From positions 21,454,001-21,518,000 of the forward strand of contig NC_087436.1 of NCBI RefSeq assembly GCF_036321535.1: DNA of 64,000 nucleotides. The letters are read 5' to 3'. A model generated the notes under the pieces. That model ran no database searches, was not told the origin of the DNA, and saw nothing but the letters and a program-made list of their open reading frames with translations. The position numbers and the translations under genes were made by a program. Shown piece after piece: positions 13,494 to 24,950 of the stretch (position 1 is the first letter of the stretch; the number at the start of each line of letters is the position of its first letter). Source of the DNA: Camelus dromedarius. Lineage: Eukaryota.

Positions 13494-16049
13494 GAAGCCA
13501 TTTCTCTTTATAGCTAAAAAAAAATACATACAACTTGAAAACCTTAAATCAAAATTGGCAATATTATGAAAGGCCACAAAATAGATTTAATCTTAATTTG
13601 TAGAGAATAAAACCAATTTTCACTGTTAGATGGCATCTTAAGGGCTAGATCCAACCTTCAGTTTGACTTGTTGCAATGTTTTGAAAATTTAAAAAATTCA
13701 CATAAAAACTGATTTCAGGCTTCTTTTGAAAAATCAGATCAGCAACACCGAACCCAAATTTCCCTGTGATAAGAGCTTTCGCCGAGGATCAGCTTTCTCT
13801 TTTAGAAAGTGCCTGTGTACCCCATTTTGTATTATTTCCGTCACACCTGGCCTATTTCATACTTTAATGTTACTTATCTGGTTCTGGTACAATACCTGTA
13901 TTTGCATTTCTTTGGATTACAGAGAATGACAGTAAAGCATGGTAAGTGCTATGTGTAGGGAAGTATAGCATATGGGGGAGTATAAGGTGGGAGTATGGTA
14001 AAAGTAAACATCCTTCTCATTTACATTTGCAATGTAAGAATAGTTACTCCAGGTACATTATGAGCTAAAATACGATCATGTAGGATAAACTGGAAATGCA
14101 ATACAAAAACTGGATCACAACTTCCCATAGAAACAAATAGGTAAAAATTAATTTCCAAATATATCTTAAAAATAAAATAAATTCCTAAGTTGGATACTAT
14201 GACTATTTTGAAAAGGTTCAAAAATTAAGACTAAGAGTGCCGGATGCCAAGAAGTGGAATTTGCACCTGACTTAGTAAGTGCTGGAAGTCACTTTCAGTG
14301 ACTATCAGAAGTAGTTTCTCGATCAGAAGGGAGAAATGAGTAGCCAGGACGACTTAGAGAAGAGAGACAAGTCACTGCTGGCAAAAAGGCCAACTAGAAG
14401 TCTCTGCTGCAATGACTTTTGGCATGTAATGAAAAATGTGAGCTATTATTACCCAGGCAATGAAGGTGATGGACCAACCGACTTCTAATTTCACTTTCAG
14501 CTGTGAAATCTAATTCTCTGAATCTTTCTGTTTTACTTAGGGGACAACATAGTTTATGATATATTCATCTCAAAGGGAGACTTCAGTGCTACTACAGTCA
14601 TACTGACAAAGGATTGCTGCTAACAGGACACAGGAGTCTGATTATGGAGAGATGGACGAGGTAAGAGTGTTTCTTAAAAGCAAATGAACAATGAGAACTT
14701 TACATAAAGACTTGCAAATCAACCACATGTAGATAAAGATTGATACAGGGAAAAGGAAAATAAAAAGAACAGATAATAGGAAGAAAATCCTAACAGCACT
14801 GTATTACAGGACTTTTGGAATTTCAAGAACTATGAATACAAAGATATCAAGAAGATGAGAATAACGTATAGACCACCAAAATGGCAAGGAGATCACCATA
14901 AGCTGAAAGCAGTGGGGATCGAGGCCACATGGCAGGAACAATGTGTACATAGACTGTTCTCCTGTACAGAAAGCACTTTCACAAATCTATGGAATTTAAA
15001 GAGAAAATAAGCAGTAAGAAACTGGAAGTAAAAGTTACAGGCAAATTGACTTAAGTATAAGACAACAAGGAAGAAACAAGAAAAGCTAGAAGACAAAGGC
15101 TTTTTTAAACACTGGACAAAAAGGGGAAGGTGGTGGAGAAAATCAAAATTCCCAAAGTTTATGTTAACTTTGGAAGAGTGAGATTGTATACATGTAGCTT
15201 TCTGAGAACCCAACATAAATGTTACCTTATGACTGTAATTTATAAAAGGCTCACAAAAACCATTTTGTTCCAAATCCTTATACTTTATTTAAATGTGCTA
15301 TCCATACATACACACACACACACATACACACAGGAAAAAAATAGGAAAAAATTACAAAACAAGAACAGATATGAAAAAAGAAAAGGTAGACAGGAAAAGC
15401 TTTGTTAGAAAAATAGTTATTGAACTAAAGAAACTCAAATTCTGGGATAATCTCTATAAATGGGTACCTTTGAAGGAAAAATTAGTGAACTGTAAGACAG
15501 TATTGATGTTCTTCCCCTTAGATCTCCACAGCTTTGCATCCTCATTTCCTTCATGTCTTACTTCATGGTCACCTTCACAGTGAGGCTTTCCTCATCCATC
15601 TTATTTAAAATTGCAAACCATTCTCCCACATTTTATCCCCTTCCTGTCTACTGTTTTTTCCCAAAACACGGACCACTATTCAACATACTAAATTATTTTA
15701 CTTATCATATTTAATCAAATCTAAAACAAAATCAATTTTAGACAGTATAGTTTACATACCACTAAGCCAAGAAAAGTCCTGCCGTTTAAACTACAACACC
15801 AATGACTGTGCTTGTCCACATTTTAACATCTCAGAAATCAGGATGTATCTTGGAATTGAGAAATATGTTATCAGATACTGTATACCTCCCCAACTTGAAG
15901 GTAAGTCCATGAAGACAGATATTTCTACCATTCGTTCAAGGTTTTTAAACATTGCTTAGCATTCATGGTACGTGCCCAATAAATGTGATATGAATAGCTG
16001 AATGAATGAATGATTGAATTAATAAAAGCACAACAGTTCTGACAAATGC

Positions 16050-16560
16050 AAATAACTTTAAGTTTACACCTAGAAATATAAGAATAAAACTGCAAAACAT
16101 CAAGGATAAAGAGAAAAGCATAAACATTACCAGAGGAGCCTAACAGCTCACAAACGAATGATACTCGGATTGACTGCAGACTCCAAGGCAGCAACAATAG
16201 ATGTCAGAAGACAATGCAGTACTATTTACAAAATGCTAAGAGAAACTAACTATCAAATTAGAATTCTGTATATTGACAAATCATCTATTTGAGAATAAGC
16301 AAGAAAAAATGCATTTCAAACAAAGGCTAAGATAGTATTACCCAGAGATCCTAGTTGAAAGAGAAAGTAAAAGTATGTACTAAGTAAAAGTATACACTTA
16401 GCCAGAAAAAAACAGATCCCTTTTTAGGGAGGAAATAGGCTGTAGGAAACAATACTGGGCAAAGAAATTAGTGAAATATATTGGTAATTTAACCAACTCC
16501 TGACTGTACAGTAAGTGTATATATGTTTTGTTTCTGGAATTTAAAAAAGCTGAATTGAAA
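16050..16560 (+). mobile_element. Old L1 ORF1-region fragment
   Basis: aaaacatcaaggataaagagaaa...cagcaacaatagatgtcagaagacaatg...tagaattctgtat resembles the degenerate L1 ORF1 C-terminal coding region. Confidence 0.6.
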
Positions 16561-16755
16561 ATAGATTTGTGAATTATTGGGATGCCTGTCAAGCCTATAA
16601 TAAGGTATTCATTCCAATTAATTTGGAGAATCTTTATATATTTGAGTGCATGATTTCAGTTTTAAACACTAAGTTTTTCATTACCTACAAAATACAGCAA
16701 AATATCTCCTCCTCCCAAATCTACAATTACCATCTTTGGTGTTATGAAGAAGTAC

Positions 16756-16891
16756 CTGCAAAGAGCTTGGGTCATACTTGCATCTTTTACATTTGGATCC
16801 GTAGTAAGGCTCCTGATGAGAACTGTAATCATCTGAAGAGGAATGTGCTGCACAAGACTTGCCAATGCTACAGAAGGTTCAAATGATGCAT
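16756..16891 (-). CDS. USP38: USP38 coding exon 2 (136 nt)
   Basis: Encodes (D)ASFEPSVALASLVQHIPLQMITVLIRSLTTDPNVKDASMTQALC(R). Acceptor TAG|AT, donor CAG|GTACTT. Phase fits exon 1 (G|AT). Confidence 0.97.
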
Positions 16892-18475
16892 CTATTTTTT
16901 TAATTAAAAAGAAAAAGGAATATGGCAAGAAGGTTCAAGTGAAGTATTTAGAGAGAACAACAGTTTACACCCCCTCCCCTCCCACCCCAAAATGTAATTG
17001 CAGCAAAAGTGTTAATCAGGAAGCAGTTGTTAGGTTCCACCTCATGGACTCTAGCGTATGAGCAATGTTAAACTGCAGAAATGAGAGAGAAAGAGTCAGT
17101 GGCAATGATCGCTCATCCTGTAAGCAGAACTACTGCAATATAAAATCTATTCTTGGCTATACCCATATTTAGTCCATAAATTACTTTATTTTCTTGCATT
17201 CCTTAATATTGTTGTTGCGGCAAAATATTCATTTGTAAAGCAGCAGTCAGAAAAGAAATGTAAGGTATAACTTAAATTCCCATTTTAGATCCTCCAGAGT
17301 AACTTACAACTACTAATTACAGTAGTCATTACATTGCTTTAAGGAAAATTTTTTAAAATCTCTTAAAGAAATAGAAATTAAGGTGAATTTTAGGGGGACT
17401 TTGCTTAAACTACATAAAAATTAAGCAAATTCAAGGTGAGTACCTTTACAACCACAGCTGAAAAATTTCTGGGGAAATCTAACAGGTCTAGCCACACAAG
17501 CAATACAAGAACAATTACAATAAAAAAAAAAAAAACAAAACTCAGACACTGCCAATATATAGTTGGTAATTCTTTCATAAATGTATTTAATTCATCAGAA
17601 AGCATGGAGCCTGTTAAAACTCTACTCTTATTTCTGGTTCTCAAGATAAAAGGAGTACACCTTCTTCACAAGTTCAATTTCGAACAACAGCCAGAGAATG
17701 GCTGTACCAAGCAGAGAGGGAGTGAATACAGTTTTGGATCTACTGTTTCACAACTTAACAGAGCTGAACACTCCATGTCCCAACAAGGAATGTAAAAGCA
17801 CACGTAAAATTCCTGGGTGAGAAAGCATTTTCCCAAGTACCACTTGATCCCTTCCTGACTTCTAAGGACACAGTCCATGGGCTGTATATACCTCTGGCAT
17901 GCAAAAACACCTGTTTAAGTCTTCATACTCTTTCCCTTCACTCATTCCACCTGTATCCACTCTAACTTTACTGCAGAGAAAGTATCAATATTCAAGAAAT
18001 ATGTAGTTAACTAGGAAAATCGAGTAATAAAACTGCACAGTCCATGGATTAAAAAATGGGGAAATTCAAACACTAAGGAAAAACTCATTTCAACAAGATG
18101 ATAGAGTCACAGCACAATAATAATACGGTAAACATTATGCTGCCATTAGTCACCAATGAATAGAAGTTTATATAGAAGCTGTCATCTTCAAAGCATTCCC
18201 TAACTTGAGCAAGAGGCTAGATAATTAAGCAACTTGTTTACTGCCAAAGGTCTTAGACCTCAACGTTCTCAACCCTTAAAATAAAAAACACTGCCTGTTT
18301 TCTAAGGTCTAAATGCCAGCCTGAGTAGGGTAGTGGACGGGAATTTGGATGAGGGTGTTAAGATTTGATCTCCCATTAAGACGTTTTCAGGACAGGGAAG
18401 CAAACATGGTGTACACGTGAGAGCGGAATATTGAAATTTCCAAGGGAGATTTTCTCGTAATACAATGACCCTTAC

Positions 18476-19157
18476 CTGTGGAAGAAATGCTTGCAAAAAC
18501 TTCTTGCAGGGAAGGCAGCAGGGTGGAGGGCTCGGCCTTCCAGATGTTCTGTAGCAAGTTACTCACTTTTGTCACCTGCGAGACATATTCCCGCAGCTCT
18601 TTCTCCTGGGTGGAGACGCACTGGAAGTGGCCTATCGTTCGAACCAGCTGTTGACAGAAAGTGATGGACAGTTTCCCTTTGGGGATGCACTGCACGAAGT
18701 CGGTCAGGAGGTCGCTCAGTCGGGCGCACAGCTGCGGCTCCGGCCGCTCACACACCATCCGCAGCACCTCCACCTGCAGCAAGCTGAAGAGGTCCAGCAC
18801 CGACGGGCAGCTCATGATCAGCCTCAGGCCATTGTGAATGTAGTCCAGGATGGCTACGTCTTTCCTGTCTAGCGAGTGGTAGCCTTGCTGAAGGAGGCCC
18901 AACACGAACGTCTTGTTGAAGAAGGACTCGAACTCCGGCCGGTGGTACCGTGCGTAGGCCTCCAGCACTTGGTGCCCCACCTGCCGCTGAAAGGGGTCCT
19001 GGCCCTCCAGGATGAGCCGGGTCGTCAGGTCAAACATGGCCTCGCACTGCGCCTCGTCCAGCCAATTCTCCGCCGACTCCACCACCTTCCGCACAATTAC
19101 CCGCTTTAGCGGCAGCGGGTGCGAAGAACTCACCAGGCCCTCCAGGATCTTGTCCAT
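18476..19157 (-). CDS. USP38: USP38 coding exon 1 (682 nt, residues 1-227)
   Basis: Translation MDKILEGLVSSSHPLPLKRVIVRKVVES...QEVFASISST matches the mammalian USP38 N-terminus. ATG is in strong Kozak context (GCGACCATGG). Donor is CAG|GTAAGG at 18476/18475. Confidence 0.98.
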
Positions 19158-20100
19158 GGTCGCCAAGCTGCAAGGCCAGGGCCAAGGGGTTAAGAGCGGG
19201 CGGCCACAGCCCGGGCGTGGGGCAGGAGAGCCCCGGGGCGGAGGTGAACTTCGAACGCGGCAGCAGCAGCAGCAGGACGGACCACCGCCACCGCCGCCTC
19301 AGTAGCCACATTTATCGGGCAGGAGGGCCCATCCAAGCCCGGGCAGGAGTTGGCAAGCCTCGGGCGCGTAAGAACCGGCACCGCCTGCGGCGGGCCTAAG
19401 GAGCCAGAGGCCCACACTCCGCCGCCGCCGCCCGGGGCCCGCGGTCTCTCTCAGCATCGGCGCGGAAGGGCTAGCGAGGCCCCCCGGCGGCGGCGGGCAC
19501 TCCAGGCCCGGGGCTGAGAGCCAGTCGGTGAGGAAGCGCGCCTCCGCGACCCGCGGCAGGTGTGAGCGTCCGGGCTCCGGCAGGTCGTGGGATGAAACCG
19601 GTCCTGAGTTGAGTCAGGAGCCGCTGTCACCCAGCGTGCCGAATTAACCCGGGAGAAGAGAAGGCGAACACCCTTGACCCGGATTCAGAAGGTCCAGCGA
19701 ACCGGAAGTGAAGGGTTCCCCGGAAAGGCCCGCCCCGCCGCCCCGCCGCCCCGCCGCCGCCCCGCCGCCCCGCCGCCGCCCCGCCCCGCCCCGCCCCGCC
19801 GCCGCCCCCCTTTTCTTCCTCCCCTTTTCCTCCACCACCACTCGCCAACTCCCTTCCCGGTGCCCTCGGACCCCGCTCCCTGCCCCGCCCCTTCGCTGCT
19901 GCGCAGGCGCGGCCGTCTCCTCCGAGTCGCGCGGCGACGGCCGCGTCATGGGGGGATCGTGTGTCGAGTCACAGGTGGCTTTCCAGGAGGAGTGGCCCGG
20001 AGCGGACGCGGTGCAGGTGGCTGTGACTCTAGATTCCCACCTTCCGATCTCTGTCGGTTCTGTCCGAGTCAGGGTACTTATGAAAGGCCGAGAAAGTTTT
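18500..20100. promoter_or_regulatory. CpG island and USP38 promoter, probably bidirectional
   Basis: Abrupt GC- and CpG-rich block in an AT-rich background. Contains ETS/GABP motif ACCGGAAGTG (19701-19710), a GC-box array (19729-19810), NRF1-like TGCGCAGGCGCG (19900-19911) and AP-1 TGAGTCA (19610-19616). No TATA box seen. Confidence 0.9.
19728..19810. repeat. Compound (CCCCG)/(CCG) GC-box tandem repeat
   Basis: About 80 nt made only of C and G, in units CCCCG, CCCCGCCG and CCCCGCCGCCG. Confidence 0.9.
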
Positions 20101-21229
20101 ATTTATGTAAAACTTGTGAATGGGAATGTTTTGGAAAGGCGAGCAGAATAGCATTTAGGGAGAAAGTAAGGAAAAGAACTCAGAATTCGGATTGAAGAGA
20201 AATCGTTTAAGGTCTTGGCTCATTTTTCAAGAAATGAGCTAGGGTTCCTAAATGTGAGTGCCTTTTTCCTACGTTGTGGTTATTAAAGTAAGGAGTGTAC
20301 TGGCGGCGGTATACTTTTAGAGACGACTGTTATCAGTAGGAGTTTGTTTCAGGAAGCCTGTAGCAAATACCATTTTAGTGAAATTATGTGACATATTGAA
20401 ACTTTTAAGTTGTCCCAAAAGATGGGAGGAGAGTAAGGAAAATGACAGGTGAAAAAGAATGAAATATTATACATAGATATAGATATATATCTATGTCTCT
20501 CTCTCTATATATATATATATGCCTGTGTCATATTAAAGAGTACTTTGAGAATAGAAAACCAGGTGAAATTTTCACAATTATTTGCGTGTATGCAGACACT
20601 GAAGATGGCTTTACAATAAAGAAGAACAGGTGCAATCATCATGCTTGTACTCTTTCAAGTTAACTTCCAGTGATTCACAGAATTTAGGCTTTAATCAGAG
20701 GCCTTTAAATTGGAAAACACTACCCAATTATAGTCCCGTCAAGGCTTGACTAATATAACTGTGAAATCAGACATTAGTGGCCTATACAGACAAAACTTTA
20801 AAGAAATGGCTCATGTTATGTGTCCAATAGAAAAAATGAACAAAGTTGTAAGTTGTTTACTCTGCTAGTATTTTGATTTTTATCAATTTCCAAAATGGCT
20901 ACACCAATATACTTAACACATCCATTAGGGTAATCTTAAAAATAGTAGCAGTTTAAAGAAAATAGGAGCTGGGTAGAGGAAACTTGAGACTGAGTTTGTA
21001 GGAAGAGATTGAAGATGAAAGAGAAATGAGGTAACTGATGGATCTAAAAGACAGTCATGGCAGAACACAGGAATAGCTTTGGAACTTTTCCTTTTCCAAT
21101 AGATAGAAGGTAAAACTACAGAGAAAGTATGACTTTGCTGGTAATGTTGCCACACTGGAAGACAAAAATAATGTAGAAAGTAAAGCATTAAGAGGAATGA
21201 ATGGTAGGCTTGTGAATGTGCTGATATCC

Positions 21230-24200
21230 TGTAACTTAAATACTAAGATGTAAAATTAACAATACTTAAACACTATAGGTTACATCGTATGTTATATGAT
21301 AAAGGAACAAGAGAGGAAAGAAAACAAAATATTTGTTATATATATATATATATGTATCAGTATATAAGCATGTATTTTTGTTGTATATAATAAGCAAATA
21401 TATTACACAAAAATTCATAAGGAAATAAGGAGGAAATGTTTTTGACAGTTACAGTCCAGCTTCTGAAACTGGTCATGTGGTTATAGTTGGTATTTATAAC
21501 AACCTTTTCCCACTATCTATTCTGCATTCCCTTTGCCTTCAGCAAATACTTCAGCTGGTTGTGGTTCTTTGCCTGATGGAGTGACCCAAACCTTCATTCC
21601 TTAAGAGTCTGGGCCACTAGTAGTCCTGCCTGGGTTGGATTGTTGTCAATTTCAATTGACTTTAATCACAGAACGTGGTAATACTAAGAGATGCCCTAAG
21701 GAAACTCTGGTATTCCAGACAGGATACCTTCCTTACTTTCATTGTAGAGTTGCAGTTCAATTTCCCCATGATAATTAGGATCAATCACTTCAGCCAGCAC
21801 AGTAACTCCCTTCTTTGTATATTTGACCATAGATATGAGGAGTCCAAAGTGGCCTGATGGCATTCTTAACTCCCAGTTCAGTGAACTCATTGGTTTGTTT
21901 CCTGGTGGAAACATTCTTCCCTTTGGAACTAAGACCTAAGCCAGCAGGGCATAATGTCAGAGGAACAGGGAGCAAACGTTTTGCTAATAGGTCACTAACA
22001 GAAATAGTGAGTGGTGCCACTCCCATTTCTACCCCTTGGTTTCTGGACCTGTGAATTCTGGGTATGAGAGAGGCAGCAGCATATATTGGATGCTCATATA
22101 TAGCATTCTGGAGAACTTTGCTCCAGTCCTTCAAGTTCTCGTCACTTAGTTGTCACTTTAATTGAAACTTCAAAAACCTATTCCACCATTCTGTCAAGCC
22201 ATCTGCTTCAGGATGGTGGGAAACATGATAAGACCAAGTGAATTCCATGAGTGTGGGTCTGTTACCTCATTTGCTGTGAAGTGAATTCCTTGATCAGAAG
22301 CAGTAGCTGTGTAGAATACTGTGTTGGTGAATAAGGTATTCTGTAACTATGCATGGTAGTTTTGGCGGAAGTATTGTGTGCAGGGAAGGCAAATTTATAT
22401 ACAGTCAATGTGTATTCAAGTAAGAATAAAACATTTCCCCTTCCATGATGGAAGCAACCCATTTTAATCAACCTGTCACCATGTGGCTGGTTACCACCCG
22501 TGGAATGGTGCCACATCAGGGACTCAGTGTTGTTCTCTGTTGTTGGCAGTTTGGCACCCAGCAGGGGCCAAGCCGGGTTGAACTTGGTGAGTGGAAATCC
22601 ATGTTGTTGAGCTCATGCAAACTCTCCATCCCTGTTATCATGGCCACTTTGCCCATGAGTCCACTGGGTAATGAATGACCTGGGTGGCTGGGGAAAAACT
22701 GATTGGCTACAGACCAAGAACCAAGCAGGTTCACTGCTCGAAGTCTGCCCATTGGGAGGATTTCCTTTACCTTTGTCCTTCAGGAATGTCCCAGAATGAG
22801 GGGCTGTAGTGCTGTAGCCATCCACTTTTGGGCGGAGCTTGCATATTGTCCAAAATCATCTGTATACCAGGCTACAATCTTCTCTTCCTCTGTCTACTGA
22901 TTGTAGACAGAATTCCTCACTCTGGCATGCAAATGTCTTACTATTAAGTCTAGAGTAGTTCCTCCTCTAGGTCCATCTTTTGCTCACCAGGTCCACTCAG
23001 CGTAATGTTATCAATGTAATGGAGCAGTGTGAGATCTTGTGGAAGAGAAAGGCAGTCAAGATACCTGTGAATTAAATTATGACCCCTAACTTAGGACTGG
23101 AGACTTAACTAGTCCCCTGAAGCAGGGGAGTCAAGGTGTATTGCTGCTGGCCTTGCTAACTGTAAACAAACTGCTTCTAGTGGTCTTTACTAATAGGTAT
23201 AAAGGAAAACAAAACAAAACAAAACATTTGCCAGAGCATTAGCTGTGTACCAGGTACCAGGGGATGTGTTAATTTGCTTAAGCAATGAAACCACCTCTGG
23301 TAGAGCAACTGCAATTGAAATCTCCACCTGGTTAAACTCATAATAACCCACTGTCATTCTCTAAGATCCACCTGTCTTCTGCACAGTTTAGATAGGTGAG
23401 TTGAATAGGGATGCGGTGGGAATCACTGCTCCTGCATCTTTCAGGTCCTTGATTATGGCACTAATCTCTGCAGTCTTTCCAGAAATATGGTATTGCTTTT
23501 GGCTTCCTGTTTTCCTAGGTGGAGGCAGTTCTACTGGATTCCACTTGGTCTTTCTCACTTGAATAGCCCTCACTCCACAGGTCAGGGAATCAGTGTGGAG
23601 ATTCTGCTAGTTGTTGAGTATATTTGTTCCAATAATTAATTCTGGAATTGGGGAAATAACCACAGAGTGGGTTAGGGGGCCCACTGGGCCCATTCACTAT
23701 GAGACAGACTTTAGCTAAAATTCCATTGATTACTTGACCTCCGTAAGTTCCTACTCTGACTGGTAGATCACAGTGATGTTTTGGATCTCCTGGGATTAGT
23801 GTCAGTTCTGAGTTAGGGTCCAATAGTCCCTCAAAGCTCTGATTATTTCCTTTTACCCAATCACAGTTACCTTTGCAAAAGGTTGTAGGTCACTTTGGGG
23901 AAGGCTGGGAGAAAAATTAACAGTATAAATTTTTGGCAGTTCATTCAGATGATTCTGGGTCTATCAGCTGGCTCTAGTCTGGGAACTGAATGAGGTGCCA
24001 TGACTTTTTTTTTTATGATTCAGGTTAGACTTTTGTTCACTTAACCTAGGACTTTTCTGTTTGTATAGATCATTTCATTTCTAGCAACACCATGATCAGT
24101 TAGCCAGGTCTATGCAAGTCAGACTATTCTTTTTTTTTCCCCTTTAATTTTATTTTTTTATTGAAGCATAGTTGATTTACAATGTTAGTTTCAGGTATAC

Positions 24201-24950
24201 AGCAAAGCAATTCAGTTAATTCAGTCAATAATTCAGTTATACATACATACATATATACACAAATATTTTCAGATTCTTTTCCATAATAGCTTATTACAAG
24301 AAATTGAATATAGTTCCCTGTGCTATGTAGTAGGTCCTTGTTGTTTATTTGTTTTATATATAGTAGTGTGTATCTGTTAATCCTGAACTCCTAATTTATC
24401 CTTCTCCCAGCCTTTCTCATTTGGTAACCATAGTTTGTTTTCTATGTCTGTGAGTCTATTTCTGGTTTGTAAATAAAATTTGCATCTTTTTTTAGATTCA
24501 CATATAAGTGATATCATATGATATTGTGTTATCATATGATATTTGTCTTTCTCTGTCTAAGTCAGACTATTCTGATTGCTGCTTTTCTGCTGTCCATTAT
24601 GGTAACCGTACTCCCCTTGCCTTTAGCAGTTAAGGGCTACCACTTTGACTCCTGCCACCTGGAGATCAGTTACTCCCATTGCATTTAGGTTTTTCAATTT
24701 AGTGACTGTAGTCCCCGCTGTAAGGTCTGTAGAGAAGAGTGATCACAGCATTCTTCAGAGATGTAGGGGCTACCCTCATAAATTTATTTCCCCCAGTAGT
24801 GGTGAAAGGTATGTTTTCTGGACCTTCCCAGTACAGATAAAGTAGGTCTTAAATGACAAATTCACTGTACCTTTTCAATCTCACTAAGCCTGTGAAACCT
24901 TTCCTCTACATTAACCAAGGCAGGTCTGGCATTTCTAATTTGCCCATTGC
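21230..24950 (-). mobile_element. ERVL (class III endogenous retrovirus) internal region with degraded gag-pro-RT-RNaseH-IN-dUTPase; no LTR seen
   Basis: Protease-like DPNSELTLIPGDPK (23590-23823). RT N-terminus IKDLKDAGAVIPTASLFNSPI and LHYIDNI (YIDD variant, 23018-23007). Integrase WSKVLQNAIY. dUTPase PSGHFGLL...KKGVTVLAEVIDPNYHGEIELQLYN after pol. Multiple stops and frameshifts. Confidence 0.92.
24131..24558 (-). mobile_element. 5'-truncated L1 3' end inserted in ERVL gag, perfect 15-bp TSD
   Basis: T-rich tail at left and L1 3' UTR sequence. TSD AAGTCAGACTATTCT at 24116-24130 and 24559-24573. Confidence 0.92.

Noticed and set aside
18387..18475. ORF-track C-terminal tail GKGHCITRK... and TTG-initiated MAT extension of exon 1
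   Set aside because: The tail is intron read-through past a consensus donor; the true start is the Kozak ATG at 19157.
18627..19305. Plus-strand ORFs antisense to USP38 exon 1
   Set aside because: Shadow ORFs of GC-rich coding and UTR sequence.
19627..20195. Overlapping 73-173 aa ORFs rich in P, R, A and G
   Set aside because: Stop-poor frames expected from the GC-rich promoter repeat; low complexity.
20471..20520. AT-rich palindrome with (CT)/(TA) runs
   Set aside because: Low-complexity dinucleotide sequence is self-complementary by composition.
21696..21914. dUTPase ORF as a domesticated gene
   Set aside because: Partial, frameshifted at both ends and embedded in a decayed ERVL.
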